From a bacterium (lineage in GTDB: Bacteria; Desulfobacterota; JAPLJL01): a stretch of DNA of 64,000 nt. Numbering within the stretch: the stretch's first letter is position 1; every line of letters starts with the position of its first letter. The notes below the pieces were generated by a model that was given only the letters and a program-made list of their open reading frames with translations, was not told the origin of the DNA and did no database searches. Both the position numbers and the translations under genes were made by a program. The DNA lies in NCBI GenBank assembly GCA_028713675.1, contig JAQTNV010000010.1:12369-76368 (forward strand), given 5' to 3'. Positions 38,568-48,892 of the stretch are shown here, piece after piece.

Positions 38568-39164
38568 CTATTTGATCCGGGAAAGCATTTTCTTCCCGTA
38601 TTTGTATCCCTGCTCAAAGGCCTTGAAGTTCAATTCCTCGGTCCCCTTGGGCACCAGGTCCTGGATTGCCTTCTTGGCCGACTCCGGCTTCAGGTATTCG
38701 GTCACGGCGGAGAAAAAACCCACCATCACGATATTGACCACCAGACGCTTGCCCAACTCCTCGGCCAGCCGGGTGGCCGGGATGCCCAGGGCCCGGTTAC
38801 CCCAGGAAGCGACTTCATCCTTGTTGACCCGGACAATATCCTCCTCGTAAAGGAGCAGGGCATGGGGCCCCAGGTAGCCGCCGTACTTGCGGTAGGCCTC
38901 GTCGGACATGCAGACCTGGATCCGGGGCTGGGCCACGTAGGGGTAGTCGATCCGGTTATCGGAGATGATCACCTGGACACTGCAGGAGCCGCCCCGGGCC
39001 TCCGGCCCGAAGCTCTGGGTCAGAACCGTCTGCTTCCCTTCGTAGAGCGCCGCGGCCCGGCCGATGATAAACCCGGACATAATCACGCCCTGGCCCCCGA
39101 ACCCGCTGATCCGGATCTCGATCTGCGGGTTTTCCAGCTTTACCTTTTTTAATAACTTGGGCAT
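38568..39164 (-). CDS. korC: 2-oxoacid:ferredoxin oxidoreductase, gamma subunit
   Basis: Gamma-subunit motif GFGGQGV, typical of POR/KOR. The kor gene symbol is inferred from the adjacent sucCD/sdh/fum/mdh genes. Confidence 0.75.
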   Translation of the reverse strand: MPKLLKKVKLENPQIEIRISGFGGQGVIMSGFIIGRAAALYEGKQTVLTQSFGPEARGGSCSVQVIISDNRIDYPYVAQPRIQVCMSDEAYRKYGGYLGPHALLLYEEDIVRVNKDEVASWGNRALGIPATRLAEELGKRLVVNIVMVGFFSAVTEYLKPESAKKAIQDLVPKGTEELNFKAFEQGYKYGKKMLSRIK

Positions 39165-39183
39165 TCCCTCTCCGGATGAATTC

Positions 39184-40083
39184 CTACTTTTCCCAGAACG
39201 AAGGCCGCTGGTAGCGGGCCCCCATCGCCTTCCCGAGATGCTCGTCCATGGCCTGGATATATCCGGGCCGTTCCCGGTCCACGAATTTCCCGACGATGAT
39301 TTCCTGGCGTTTCTGCTCGATCGCCACCGACCGGGTTTCGGCGCCGTTCTGGATCCGCGAGTTTTCCTTCAGGTAAACCATTTCCTGCAAGGCGTCCCCC
39401 AGCCGGTTCCGGCGCAGGTAAAGCTCCGGGCAGGGGCTGATCACCTCGATGAAGCTCAAACCGTCCTTGTTCATGGCTTCGACCATCGCCCGGGTCAGCT
39501 GGCGGACATGGTAAACGGTCCAGCGGGCCACGTAGTTGGCCCCGCAGACATCCATCAGGTAAGGCAGGTTCAACGGGTATTCGTAGTTGCCGTAGGGGGC
39601 AGTGGTCCCGAAAGCCTCGTGCGGGGTGGTCGGGCCGAACTGTCCGCCGGTCATCCCGTAATTCAGGTTATTGACGAGGATCACGGTGAGGTCCACATTC
39701 CTCCGGGCCGCGTGAATCAGGTGGTTGCCGCCGATCGAGGTCAGGTCCCCGTCGCCCGAGTAAACCACCACCTTGAGCTTGGGATTGGCGAGTTTGAGGC
39801 CGGTGGCGAAGGGAATGGCCCGGCCATGGGTGGTATGGAACGAATCCAGGCGGAGATACCCGGCGACCCGGCCGGTGCAGCCGATCCCGGAAACCACTGA
39901 GAGCAAATTCTGGTCGATGCCGCTCTCCAGCACCGCCCGGGCAAAAGCCCCCATCGAGATCCCGATCCCGCAGCCCGGGCACCACATGTGGGGCAGGCGC
40001 TCCATCCGGATCAGGCTCTCAATCGGGTTTTGCGGCCGCGGCTCGATACTGAGCGGCGTTTCCTTTTTCGTCTGCTTCTTCAC
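39184..40083 (-). CDS. korB: 2-oxoacid:ferredoxin oxidoreductase, beta subunit (TPP-binding)
   Basis: TPP motif YSGDGDLTSIGGNHLIHAARRN. Motif WCPGCGIG near the N-terminus. Confidence 0.8.
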   Translation of the reverse strand: MKKQTKKETPLSIEPRPQNPIESLIRMERLPHMWCPGCGIGISMGAFARAVLESGIDQNLLSVVSGIGCTGRVAGYLRLDSFHTTHGRAIPFATGLKLANPKLKVVVYSGDGDLTSIGGNHLIHAARRNVDLTVILVNNLNYGMTGGQFGPTTPHEAFGTTAPYGNYEYPLNLPYLMDVCGANYVARWTVYHVRQLTRAMVEAMNKDGLSFIEVISPCPELYLRRNRLGDALQEMVYLKENSRIQNGAETRSVAIEQKRQEIIVGKFVDRERPGYIQAMDEHLGKAMGARYQRPSFWEK

Positions 40084-40162
40084 TATTATTCTTTAGGTTT
40101 ATTTATTTTATTTTTTTCTCTTCGCTTTCAGCTCTATGCGCTTTGCTCTCTGCTCGATGCCA

Positions 40163-41362
40163 CTACAGCCTGACTATCTCCCGGATCGCCCGGAGAATGT
40201 CCTCCGGCTGGTGCACCGTGCCTCCGCCGTGGGGAACGAGGGTAACCGGCACCTTGCCGGCCACCAGCCGCTCCACTTCCAGGGAAATCTGGCCGTAATT
40301 CAGCTCGGGCACGACGAATCCTCCCGCCATCCCCGCCAGCTGGCGGATCCGCTTCTCGGGAAACGGCCAGACCACGATCGGGCGGAAACGGCCGACCTTG
40401 ATCCCCTGCTTGCGGGCCATTTCCACCGCCCGGCTCGCCACCCGCGAGGTGATCCCGTAGGAAAGCACGATCACCTCCGCGCCCTCGCAGTCCTCTTCCT
40501 CGAAGCGCACGATCTGTTCCGCGTTGGTCCGGATCTTTTCGACCAGGCGGTGGACCAGCTTGCCCTGGGCCTCGGCGTTCATGGTCGGGTAACCGCGCTC
40601 GTCGTGCGTCAGCCCGGTGATGTGGAACCTCCGGCCGGTCCCGGCCTTGACGAACCAGGGCACCAGGTCCTTGCCGGTCCGGTAGGGAAGGTATTCCTCG
40701 ATCGGCAGGGTGGTATAACGGCGGTTGAAAACCTTGATTTTTTCCGCCGGCGGGATCACCACCCGCTCGGCCATGTGCCCGACGCATTCGTCCATCATCA
40801 CGAAGGTCGGGACCCGGAACTCCTCGGAGAGGTTGAAGGCCTGGATGGTCAGGTCAAAACATTCCTGGGGCGAATTCGGCACCAGGGCGATGACTTCGTA
40901 ATCCCCGTGGGAGCCCCAGCGCACCTGCATCATGTCCGCCTGGCCGGGGAGCGTGGGGAGACCGGTGGAGGGCCCGGCCCGCTGGACATCGATGATCACG
41001 CAGGGGGTTTCCAGCATCGCGGCCAGCCCGATGTGTTCCATCATCAGGGTAAACCCGGGCCCCGAGCTGACGGTCATGGTCTTCAGCCCGGCCCAGGCCG
41101 CGCCCTGGATGGCGATCGAACTGGCGAGTTCATCCTCCATCTGGATGAAGACCCCGCCGACCGTGGGGATCCGGGAGGCAAAGCGCTCCACGATCTCGGT
41201 GGAGGGAGTGATCGGATAACCCGCCACGAACCGGCAGCCCGCGGCCAGGGCACCCTCGCAGGCGGACTGGTCGCCATTCATGAAATGGACGCCGGTCAGC
41301 ACCCCCTTGGGATCGGCGGTGGCGTGATTCAGATCCTTAGCTTTCGGATTCGTCTTTTTCAC
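40163..41362 (-). CDS. korA: 2-oxoacid:ferredoxin oxidoreductase, alpha subunit
   Basis: Motifs GYPITPSTEI and SSGPGFTLMMEHIGLAAMLETP. Confidence 0.8.
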   Translation of the reverse strand: MKKTNPKAKDLNHATADPKGVLTGVHFMNGDQSACEGALAAGCRFVAGYPITPSTEIVERFASRIPTVGGVFIQMEDELASSIAIQGAAWAGLKTMTVSSGPGFTLMMEHIGLAAMLETPCVIIDVQRAGPSTGLPTLPGQADMMQVRWGSHGDYEVIALVPNSPQECFDLTIQAFNLSEEFRVPTFVMMDECVGHMAERVVIPPAEKIKVFNRRYTTLPIEEYLPYRTGKDLVPWFVKAGTGRRFHITGLTHDERGYPTMNAEAQGKLVHRLVEKIRTNAEQIVRFEEEDCEGAEVIVLSYGITSRVASRAVEMARKQGIKVGRFRPIVVWPFPEKRIRQLAGMAGGFVVPELNYGQISLEVERLVAGKVPVTLVPHGGGTVHQPEDILRAIREIVRL

Positions 41363-41588
41363 TGATCAACTTCTCCGACCAGATGGCGAAATCAGGGCAG
41401 ACCATCCCGCACATGTTGCAGCCGCTGCACTTATCCGGGGTGACGATCTCGGGGAAGTGAAAACCTCCCCGGTTCATGGTCCCGGAGGCCCGGAGGGCTT
41501 TCAGCGGACAGAATTCGATGCAGAAACCGCAGCCCTTGCAGCGGTCCGCCACCGTATGTACTTTGCCTCTCGGTCCCTTGGCTGGCAT
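41337..41588 (-). CDS. korD: 2-oxoacid:ferredoxin oxidoreductase, delta subunit (2x[4Fe-4S] ferredoxin)
   Basis: Two CxxCxxCxxxCP motifs (CKGCGFCIEFCP and CSGCNMCGMVCP). Overlaps the korA start. Confidence 0.8.
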   Translation of the reverse strand: MPAKGPRGKVHTVADRCKGCGFCIEFCPLKALRASGTMNRGGFHFPEIVTPDKCSGCNMCGMVCPDFAIWSEKLISEKDESES

Positions 41589-41769
41589 ATTATTATTCTT
41601 CTAAAAATTCAATTTGAGATATTAAACATTTAGGCCGCCGATGTCCAGAGGCATTCCTTCGACCTCCGGGCTGAGATAAGCCATCCGTTATCCTATTGAA
41701 AAAGGGAGCCCACAGAGGGGTTCATCCTGAAAGGATTCACCCTGAAGGGCTCCCTTGAATTTATTCAAT

Positions 41770-41805
41770 CAAACTATAAACTCGAAACCAGAAACTCGAA
41801 ACTTT
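41770..41805 (-). repeat. Stop-codon-adjacent GTTTCGA-heptamer element (3' of sucD, sense on the minus strand)
   Basis: The reverse complement reads aaagtttcgagtttctggtttcgagtttatagtttg. Ends 1 nt from the sucD stop. Confidence 0.65.
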
Positions 41806-41806
41806 C

Positions 41807-42691
41807 TTATTTAATCTTCAGCATCTTGGCGACCGTGGAACCGATCTCGGCCGGGCTCTGGGCCACTGCCACCCCGCATTCCTTAAAGGTGTTGATCTTC
41901 TCGGTCGCGGTACCCTTGCCGCCGCTGATGATCGCTCCGGCATGCCCCATCCGGCGCCCCGGAGGCGCGGTCATCCCGGCCACGAAAGCGGCCACCGGTT
42001 TCTTCATCTTGGCCTTGACCAGGCGGGCGGCGTCCTCCTCGGCGTTGCCCCCGATCTCGCCGATCACCATCACCCCGTCGGTCTCCGGGTCGGCCTCAAA
42101 CAGGGGAAGCAGGTCGGTGAAAATCGAACCCACGATCGGATCGCCGCCGATCCCGATCGCCGTGCTCTGGGCGATCCCGAGTTCGGAAAGCTGCTTGACC
42201 GCCTCGTAGGTCAGGGTCCCGCTCCGGGAGATCACACCCACCTTCTTTTTCCCTTTGGCGAGGAAAATATCGCCGGGCATGATCCCGATCTTGCACTTCC
42301 CCGGGCTGATGATCCCCGGGCAGTTGGGCCCGATCAGGCGGGCCTTCTTCTCCGCGACATACCGGGAGGCCTTGACCATATCCAGGGGGGGTATCCCCTC
42401 GGTAATGCAGATGATGACGGCAATCCCGGCGTCGGCCGATTCCAGGATCGCGTCGGTGGCAAAGGACGCGGGCACGAAGATGATCGAGGCGTTGGCCCCT
42501 TCCTTCTTGACCGCTTCCGCCACCCCGTTGAAAACCGGGGTGCCTTCATGTTGGGTTCCGCCTTTGCCCGGCGTAACCCCGGCCACCACTTTGGTTCCGT
42601 AGGCCTTCATCTGGGCGGCGTGGAAGCTGCCCTCCCCGCCGGTAATCCCCTGGACCACAACCCGAGTATTCTGATCGACGATTATGCTCAT
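41807..42691 (-). CDS. sucD: Succinyl-CoA synthetase alpha subunit
   Basis: Motifs [14 protein letters not shown] and the GHAGAII phospho-histidine loop. Confidence 0.9.
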   Translation of the reverse strand: MSIIVDQNTRVVVQGITGGEGSFHAAQMKAYGTKVVAGVTPGKGGTQHEGTPVFNGVAEAVKKEGANASIIFVPASFATDAILESADAGIAVIICITEGIPPLDMVKASRYVAEKKARLIGPNCPGIISPGKCKIGIMPGDIFLAKGKKKVGVISRSGTLTYEAVKQLSELGIAQSTAIGIGGDPIVGSIFTDLLPLFEADPETDGVMVIGEIGGNAEEDAARLVKAKMKKPVAAFVAGMTAPPGRRMGHAGAIISGGKGTATEKINTFKECGVAVAQSPAEIGSTVAKMLKIK

Positions 42692-42703
42692 GGTTTTTCT
42701 TCC

Positions 42704-43870
42704 TTATTTTTTGATGAAACTGACGACTTTTTCCGCCGCCGCTTTTAATCCCTTGGCCTCAACGATATTCAGCTTCGATTCCTTCAGGATCTGCCCGGCC
42801 TCTTTAGCGTTGGTCCCTTCGAGCCTGACCACCAGGGGCACCTGCAGGCCGCCCGGAAGGCTCTGGGCCGCCTGTACGATCCCGGTCGCGACCCGGTCGC
42901 AGCGGACGATCCCGCCGAAAATATTGACCAGGATCGCTTTCACCTTGGGATCGCCGAGGATGATCCGGAAACCGTTCCCGATGGTTTCCGCGCTGGCCCC
43001 GCCCCCGACATCCAGGAAGTTGGCCGGCTCGCCGCCGGAATACTTGATGATATCCATGGTGGCCATGGCCAGGCCCGCACCGTTGACCATGCAGCCCACG
43101 TTCCCGTCCAAGTGAATATAGTTCAGATTGAACTTGCTGGCCTCGACCTCGAGGGGATCCTCCTCCGCCAGGTCCCGGAGCTTGACCTGATCGGGATGGC
43201 GGAAGAGCCCGTTGTCATCCAGGTTCAGCTTGGCGTCCAGGGCCATGATGTCGCCTTCGGGGGTGACGATCAGGGGGTTGATCTCGGCCAGGGTGCAGTC
43301 CTCCTTCTGGAAACAGTTCACCAGTCCCTGGATCACCGCGGCGAACGCCTTGGTTTGCTCCTTGGTGATCCCGAGGGCCGCGGTCAGCCGGCGGAGCTGG
43401 AAAGAGAGAAGGCCGGTGATGGGGCTGATCCCCTCGCGCAGGATCTTTTCCGGGTTCTTCTTCGCCACTTCCTCGATCTCCATCCCGCCTTCCGCGCTGG
43501 CGATCAAGACCGGCTGGGCGGTATTGCGATCCACCACCACGCCGATGTAAAGCTCGCGGGCCACGTTCGAGGCCTCTTCCACCAGGACCGATTTGACCTT
43601 CCGGCCTTCCGGCCCGGTCTGATGGGTGACCAGGGTCATCCCGATGATCTGGCCCGCGACCTTCTCGGCTTCCGCGGGGTTATCGGCGGTTTTGATTCCG
43701 CCGCCCTTGCCCCGGCCGCCGGCGTGGATCTGGGCCTTGACCACCACTTTCTTGCCGATGGTCTCCGCCACCTTCCGGGCTTCCTGCGGATTGAAAGCCA
43801 CCTGGCCCTTGGGGATCTTGACCCCATAGCGGGCGATGATTTCCTTCGCCTGATATTCATGGATCTTCAT
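42704..43870 (-). CDS. sucC: Succinyl-CoA synthetase beta subunit (ATP-grasp)
   Basis: Motifs MKIHEYQAKEII and VVVKAQIHAGGRGKGGG. Confidence 0.9.
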   Translation of the reverse strand: MKIHEYQAKEIIARYGVKIPKGQVAFNPQEARKVAETIGKKVVVKAQIHAGGRGKGGGIKTADNPAEAEKVAGQIIGMTLVTHQTGPEGRKVKSVLVEEASNVARELYIGVVVDRNTAQPVLIASAEGGMEIEEVAKKNPEKILREGISPITGLLSFQLRRLTAALGITKEQTKAFAAVIQGLVNCFQKEDCTLAEINPLIVTPEGDIMALDAKLNLDDNGLFRHPDQVKLRDLAEEDPLEVEASKFNLNYIHLDGNVGCMVNGAGLAMATMDIIKYSGGEPANFLDVGGGASAETIGNGFRIILGDPKVKAILVNIFGGIVRCDRVATGIVQAAQSLPGGLQVPLVVRLEGTNAKEAGQILKESKLNIVEAKGLKAAAEKVVSFIKK

Positions 43871-43959
43871 GTTTTCCTCAAATTGGGTTGCACCGGCTGT
43901 CCGTTCGGATCCTGGTCCAAAAGTCTCCCAGGATTTGAAGGCCAGCCGGCGATTGCCAT

Positions 43960-44661
43960 TTAGAATTTATTCGACAAAATCTTCCGGGAAAGCGCGGTGA
44001 TCGCCTCGGTGGGATTGATCTTCTTCGGGCATGCCTCCACGCAGTTGAAGATCTTCCGGCAGCGGAATACCCCGCTCGGATCGTTGACAATCGCCAGCCG
44101 CTCCTCCTCCGCCTCGTCCCGGGAATCGACCACGAAGCGGTAGGCCTTCAGGATGGCCGCCGGTCCCAGGTAATTCTCGTCGTGCCAGTAGCGCGGACAG
44201 CTGGCGCTGCAGGAACCGCAAAGGATGCAGGTTATTGCCTCGGACAGCAGGCGGTGTTCTTCCTGGCTCTGGGGCACCTCGCGATCGGAGGTCGGGGTCT
44301 TGTGCACCATATAAGGCATGACCGCCTTGAGCTTGGCGAAAAACGGCTCCATGTCCACCACCAGGTCGCGGATGACCTGGTAACCCCGGAGCGGCTCCAG
44401 GGTGATGACCTTGGAACGCAGTTCCTGGATCTGGGTATAACAGGCCAGGCCCGCCATCCGGTTGATCATCATGGAGCAGGACCCGCAGATCGCGCTCCGG
44501 CAGCTCCGGCGGAAGGCCAGGGTCCCGTCCAGCTCGCCCCGGACCTGGATGAGACCATCCAGGATCGTGGTGCCCTCCTGCACGTCGATCTCGTAATCCT
44601 GGTTGTACGCTTTCCGGTCTTTCTCCGGATCAAACCTTTTGATTCTTAAGATTGCTTTCAT
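43960..44661 (-). CDS. sdhB: Succinate dehydrogenase / fumarate reductase iron-sulfur subunit
   Basis: 2Fe-2S motif CRSAICGSC, 4Fe-4S motif CILCGSCSASCP, and 3Fe-4S motif CRKIFNCVEACP. Confidence 0.9.
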   Translation of the reverse strand: MKAILRIKRFDPEKDRKAYNQDYEIDVQEGTTILDGLIQVRGELDGTLAFRRSCRSAICGSCSMMINRMAGLACYTQIQELRSKVITLEPLRGYQVIRDLVVDMEPFFAKLKAVMPYMVHKTPTSDREVPQSQEEHRLLSEAITCILCGSCSASCPRYWHDENYLGPAAILKAYRFVVDSRDEAEEERLAIVNDPSGVFRCRKIFNCVEACPKKINPTEAITALSRKILSNKF

Positions 44662-44734
44662 ATTTCTCCCTGCTCTGTTTTCCCGCTCTTTATTCTCTAA
44701 CCACCAAGCTACCTAGCCACCTTGTTTTTCTTTT

Positions 44735-44766
44735 AACCGGTTACCGGTTACTTGCTACCGGCAACT
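44735..44766 (-). repeat. Intercistronic ACCGGTT-unit element (3' of the sdhA stop)
   Basis: The sequence aaccggttaccggttacttgctaccggcaac contains AACCGGTT palindromes. Confidence 0.6.
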
Positions 44767-44769
44767 TGT

Positions 44770-46482
44770 TTAGTATTTCCTCTCCTGCGGCTGATACCGG
44801 GTGATCCGGACCGGCTTGTAATCGAACCGGAGCGTGTCCCCGTCCCGGTAGACCAGGGTGTGTTTCAGCCAGTTCACGTCGTCGCGCTTGGGGAAATCCT
44901 TCCGGAAGTGGGCGCCCCGGCTTTCCTTCCGGTTGAGCGCCCCGGCGACAATCATCTCGGCGAAACCGAGAACGTTACCCAGCTCGATGGCCTCGATCAG
45001 GTCCAGGTTGAAAATCGAATTCCGGTCGATCGCCCGGATCTTCCGGTAACGCTCTTTCAGGGTCTGGATCTTCTCCTGCACCTGCCGCAATCCCTCTTCC
45101 TGGCGGAAGACCCCGCAGCCCGTGGTCATGGACGCCTGGAGCTCCCTCTGGATGGCCGCCGGCATTTCCGAGCCGTTCTTGGACCAGATCTCGTCGATCC
45201 GTTTCTGGGAATCATCCGGGGAATCTTCGGGCAGGGAAGACAAAACCTCGTCGCGCAGGAACCTGACGGCCGAGCGCCCGGCCCGCCGTCCGTAAAGCGT
45301 GGCCTCCAAAAGGGAATTGGTCCCGAGCCGGTTGCCTCCGTGCACCGAAACGCAGGCGCATTCCCCGGCGGCATAAAGTCCGATTACCTTCTTGTCCTTC
45401 CCGTCCAACAGCACCTCGGCGTCATTGTTGGTGGGAATCCCCCCCATGGAGTAATGGGCGGTGGGCTGGATCGGAACCGGGGCGGTCACGCAATCGACTC
45501 CCAGATATTTCTGGGCCAGGTCCTTGATTTGGGGGATGCGCTCCAGGATCTTCTGCTCGCCCAGGTGCCGGATGTCCAGGTAGACATAATCCTGCCCGTT
45601 GATCCCGCGGCCCTCGTCCACCTCGGTCTGGATCGAGCGGGAGATCACGTCGCGGGGGGCTAGTTCCATCTTGCCGGGGGCGTATTTTTCCATGAACCTC
45701 TGGCCTAAGTTGTTGGTCAGGTAAGCCCCTTCCCCGCGGGCGCCTTCCGAAAGAAGAATCCCCTGTTTATAAAGACCGGTGGGATGGAACTGGACGAATT
45801 CGATATCCTCAATCGGGATCCCGGCCCGCGACGCGAGGGCCAAGCCGTCTCCGGTGTTGGCGAGCGCGTTGGTGGTAATCTTGTAGGCCCGTCCGTAACC
45901 GCCGGTGCCCAGGATCACGGCCTTGGCGTGGAAGACATGGAGCCCGCCTTTCTGCGTGTCCCAGGCCACCACCCCGCGGCAGACCCCGTCGCGGATGATC
46001 AGGCTCATGGTGTAGAACTCGGAGAAAAACTTGACATCCTGCTTGATGCACTGTTCGTACAGGGTGTGGAGGAGAACATGGCCGGTGTAATCCATGCAGT
46101 ATACCGCCCGGGGCCGGGAATGCCCGCCGAAGGGGCGCTGGGCCAATCGTCCGTCGGCCATGCGGTCAAAGGGAACCCCGAAGTGCTCGTACTCATAAAT
46201 GATTTCGGGGGCTTCCGAGATCAGGATCTCGATCGCGTCCTGATCCCCCAGGTAGTCGCTCCCCTTCACCGTGTCGAAGATATGCTCTTCGAGGGAATCG
46301 GGGGAGGCGTTGCCCAGGGCCGCCGCGATCCCGCCCTGCGCCGCCCCGGAATGGGAACGGGAGGGATAGACCTTGGTCAGGACACAGGCTTTGGAAACCG
46401 GGGCGACTTCGAGAGCAGCCCGGAGGCCGGCCAATCCGGCACCCACTACTAAGACGTCATACTGATGTTTTGTCGCTTTCAT
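44770..46482 (-). CDS. sdhA: Succinate dehydrogenase / fumarate reductase flavoprotein subunit
   Basis: Motifs [26 protein letters not shown] (His for covalent FAD) and HYSMGGI. Confidence 0.9.
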   Translation of the reverse strand: MKATKHQYDVLVVGAGLAGLRAALEVAPVSKACVLTKVYPSRSHSGAAQGGIAAALGNASPDSLEEHIFDTVKGSDYLGDQDAIEILISEAPEIIYEYEHFGVPFDRMADGRLAQRPFGGHSRPRAVYCMDYTGHVLLHTLYEQCIKQDVKFFSEFYTMSLIIRDGVCRGVVAWDTQKGGLHVFHAKAVILGTGGYGRAYKITTNALANTGDGLALASRAGIPIEDIEFVQFHPTGLYKQGILLSEGARGEGAYLTNNLGQRFMEKYAPGKMELAPRDVISRSIQTEVDEGRGINGQDYVYLDIRHLGEQKILERIPQIKDLAQKYLGVDCVTAPVPIQPTAHYSMGGIPTNNDAEVLLDGKDKKVIGLYAAGECACVSVHGGNRLGTNSLLEATLYGRRAGRSAVRFLRDEVLSSLPEDSPDDSQKRIDEIWSKNGSEMPAAIQRELQASMTTGCGVFRQEEGLRQVQEKIQTLKERYRKIRAIDRNSIFNLDLIEAIELGNVLGFAEMIVAGALNRKESRGAHFRKDFPKRDDVNWLKHTLVYRDGDTLRFDYKPVRITRYQPQERKY

Positions 46483-46598
46483 TCAACCCCCAAATTTCTA
46501 TTTTCGAATTTCGAAATCCTATACCCTACCCCCTCTCCCTTCCTTCCCCCTCGACAGGGGAGGGCTTGGGTGGGGGTGAATTCGTTTATTTGTTTTCC

Positions 46599-46988
46599 CT
46601 ACATCTTGAACGGGATGACCGTCAAAAGCCCCAGGGTGAGGATAACCCCGCCCAGGCAGAGCAGCGCGGAAACCACCGTCACCTTGAGCCAGTCCTTTTT
46701 AATGTAGTCCGAAGCGATCATCCAGACCCCGTTCAGGCCGTGAAATGTCCCCATGACCAGGAAGAGGGAATCAATAATCTTCCATAAGGGGGTGGCCACT
46801 CTCTTCGCCACCAGCTCATAGGAAAGTTCATGCCCGCCCAGAGTGAAGTGCTCCACCAGCATGTGGACCAGCAGAAGCGCAAGCAGAAGGAAGCCGGTGA
46901 GCCTTTGCAGGAACCAGACATAAACGCCGCCGTTTTTGTAACTGTATTTGTGCATGTTCCTGACCTTCTTTTCGGTTAAGGTAACCAA
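46599..46988 (-). CDS. sdhD: Succinate dehydrogenase hydrophobic membrane-anchor subunit
   Basis: 129 aa with three TM helices. Sits between sdhC and sdhA. Confidence 0.6.
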   Translation of the reverse strand: MVTLTEKKVRNMHKYSYKNGGVYVWFLQRLTGFLLLALLLVHMLVEHFTLGGHELSYELVAKRVATPLWKIIDSLFLVMGTFHGLNGVWMIASDYIKKDWLKVTVVSALLCLGGVILTLGLLTVIPFKM

Positions 46989-47389
46989 CTAGGGATAAGA
47001 CCTTTAAAAATCTCGTTATCAAAAAGCTGCCACGGGAAGAGCTCGATCCCTCCAAGCACACACAGGACGAAACTGAGCCCGATCACCCACCAGAACATCT
47101 GCTCCTGGTGCCGTGCCCCGATCCCCAGATCCACCAGCAGGATCCGCACCCCGTTCAAAGAATGATAAACAATGGCCGCCAGGAGGCCGATCTCCCCGAT
47201 CCGGAAGGCGGGATGCATGAGGAGCTTCATCATCTGGTCAAACGCCTCCGGGCTTTTCCCCAGATGATGGGTAACCCAGACGTGGATCGTCAGGTAGAAG
47301 ATCAGGGCTCCCCCCGTGATCCGGTGCAGGAGCCAGGCAATCGTCCCCGAGTGCCAGGCGTACTTCGTGAATGGAATGTCCAGTCTCAT
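46976..47389 (-). CDS. sdhC: Succinate dehydrogenase cytochrome b subunit
   Basis: 137 aa with TM helices and conserved His residues (LHRITG, HHLGKS, YHSLNG). Confidence 0.65.
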   Translation of the reverse strand: MRLDIPFTKYAWHSGTIAWLLHRITGGALIFYLTIHVWVTHHLGKSPEAFDQMMKLLMHPAFRIGEIGLLAAIVYHSLNGVRILLVDLGIGARHQEQMFWWVIGLSFVLCVLGGIELFPWQLFDNEIFKGLIPSWLP

Positions 47390-47411
47390 AGTCTTACCTC
47401 TCTTCGTATTA

Positions 47412-47446
47412 TTGATAGCCGGTTATCGGTAACCGGCGACCGGTTA
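47412..47446 (-). repeat. Intercistronic ACCGGTT-unit element (abutting the fumB stop, before sdhC)
   Basis: Sequence agccggttatcggtaaccggcgaccggttac. Confidence 0.6.
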
Positions 47447-48001
47447 CTTCTGGTATTTTTTTACCCCTTCCTCGTAAAGGTCCGCCCCGGTGACATCGTT
47501 GATCACCACCAGGGGGAAATCCTCCACCTCCAGCATGTTGACGGCTTCCGGGCCCAGTTCCGGGTAGGCAATGACCTGGCCTTTTTTCACCACCCGGGCG
47601 ATCAGGGCGGCCGCGCCGCCGGTGGCCCCGAAATAGACCGCCTTGTGCTTTTTCATCGCCTCGATCACTTCCTTGCCCCGCGAGCCCTTACCGATCATTC
47701 CCTTCAGGCCCTTCTCGATCAGGCGGGGGGCGTAGGAATCCATCCGGTAGCTGGTGGTCGGCCCCACCGAGCCGATCGGATTTCCCGGGCGGGTCGGGGA
47801 AGGCCCGGCGTAGTAGATCACCGTGCCGGCGATCTCCATCGGGGTTTTTTCGCCCTTGTCCATGGCATCGACGATCCGCTTGTGCGCCGCGTCACGGGAG
47901 GTATAAATCACCCCGGAGAGCAGAACCCGGTCCCCGATTTTCAACTTGGAAACCTGTTCGCTCGTGAGCGGAGTTTTGAGTTTGATCGCTTTTTCTTTCA
48001 T
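47444..48001 (-). CDS. fumB: Class I (Fe-S) fumarate hydratase, beta subunit (C-terminal domain)
   Basis: Motif GTVIYYAGPSPTRPGNPIGSVGPTTSYRMD, typical of Fe-S hydro-lyase beta subunits. Confidence 0.85.
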   Translation of the reverse strand: MKEKAIKLKTPLTSEQVSKLKIGDRVLLSGVIYTSRDAAHKRIVDAMDKGEKTPMEIAGTVIYYAGPSPTRPGNPIGSVGPTTSYRMDSYAPRLIEKGLKGMIGKGSRGKEVIEAMKKHKAVYFGATGGAAALIARVVKKGQVIAYPELGPEAVNMLEVEDFPLVVINDVTGADLYEEGVKKYQK

Positions 48002-48040
48002 TTTTCTTCCGTTTTAAAGTCTTCTGGCCTTCGAGCTTCT

Positions 48041-48892
48041 TTAAATGACCGCCTCTTTATGCCGGTGCGAATGGCAATTGATGTTGATCGCCACCGGGAG
48101 GCTCGCGATGTGGCAATTCGTCATTTCGATATGCACCGCCAGGGCGGTGGTCCGTCCTCCCAGCCCGGCCGGCCCGATCCCCAGGCGGTTCACCTTTTCC
48201 AGGATCTCCTGTTCCAGGTTGGCCAGCTCGAGACTCGGGTTGGGGTTGCCGAGCGGCCGCAGGAGCGACCGCTTGGCCAGGATGGCCGACTGTTCCAGGT
48301 TGCCGCCGATCCCGACCCCGACGACAATCGGGGGACATGGATTGGAGCCGGATTCCCGGACCCGGTCCACCACCAGTTTCTTCACGCCTTCCACCCCGGC
48401 CGCCGGGGGCAGGAGCTGCACCCGGCTCATGTTCTCGCTGCCTCCCCCCTTGGGGGCGCAGACGATATGGATCTTTTCTCCCGGAACGATCCGGACATGC
48501 AGGATGCAAGGGGTATTATCCCCGGTATTCTTCCGGGTGAAGCAATCGCAGACCGACTTGCGGAGAAAGCCCTCCTTGTAAGCCTGCCGCACGCCCTCGT
48601 TGACCGCCTCTTCCAAACTTCCCCCCACCAGGTGCACGTCCTGGCCCAGGTCGATGAAAACGACCGCGAGGCCGCAATCCTGGCATAGCGGGTAGACTCC
48701 CTCCCGGGCAATCTTGGCGTTCTCGATGATTTCATCCAGGATCGCCACCCCGATGGGGGACTCTTCCGCTTTCCGGGCCCGGTCCAGGGCCTCGATCACA
48801 TCCTCGCCCAGGTTGTAGCAGGCCGATTGGAAAAGCTCCCGGAGCTTCGCAGTTATTTCTTTTACTTGGATTTCTCTCATTTTGTTCGTCAC
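48041..48892 (-). CDS. fumA: Class I (Fe-S) fumarate hydratase, alpha subunit (N-terminal domain)
   Basis: Fe-S hydro-lyase alpha motifs (CQDCGLAVVF, ...CHSHRH). GTG start at 48892. Confidence 0.85.
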   Translation of the reverse strand: MTNKMREIQVKEITAKLRELFQSACYNLGEDVIEALDRARKAEESPIGVAILDEIIENAKIAREGVYPLCQDCGLAVVFIDLGQDVHLVGGSLEEAVNEGVRQAYKEGFLRKSVCDCFTRKNTGDNTPCILHVRIVPGEKIHIVCAPKGGGSENMSRVQLLPPAAGVEGVKKLVVDRVRESGSNPCPPIVVGVGIGGNLEQSAILAKRSLLRPLGNPNPSLELANLEQEILEKVNRLGIGPAGLGGRTTALAVHIEMTNCHIASLPVAININCHSHRHKEAVI

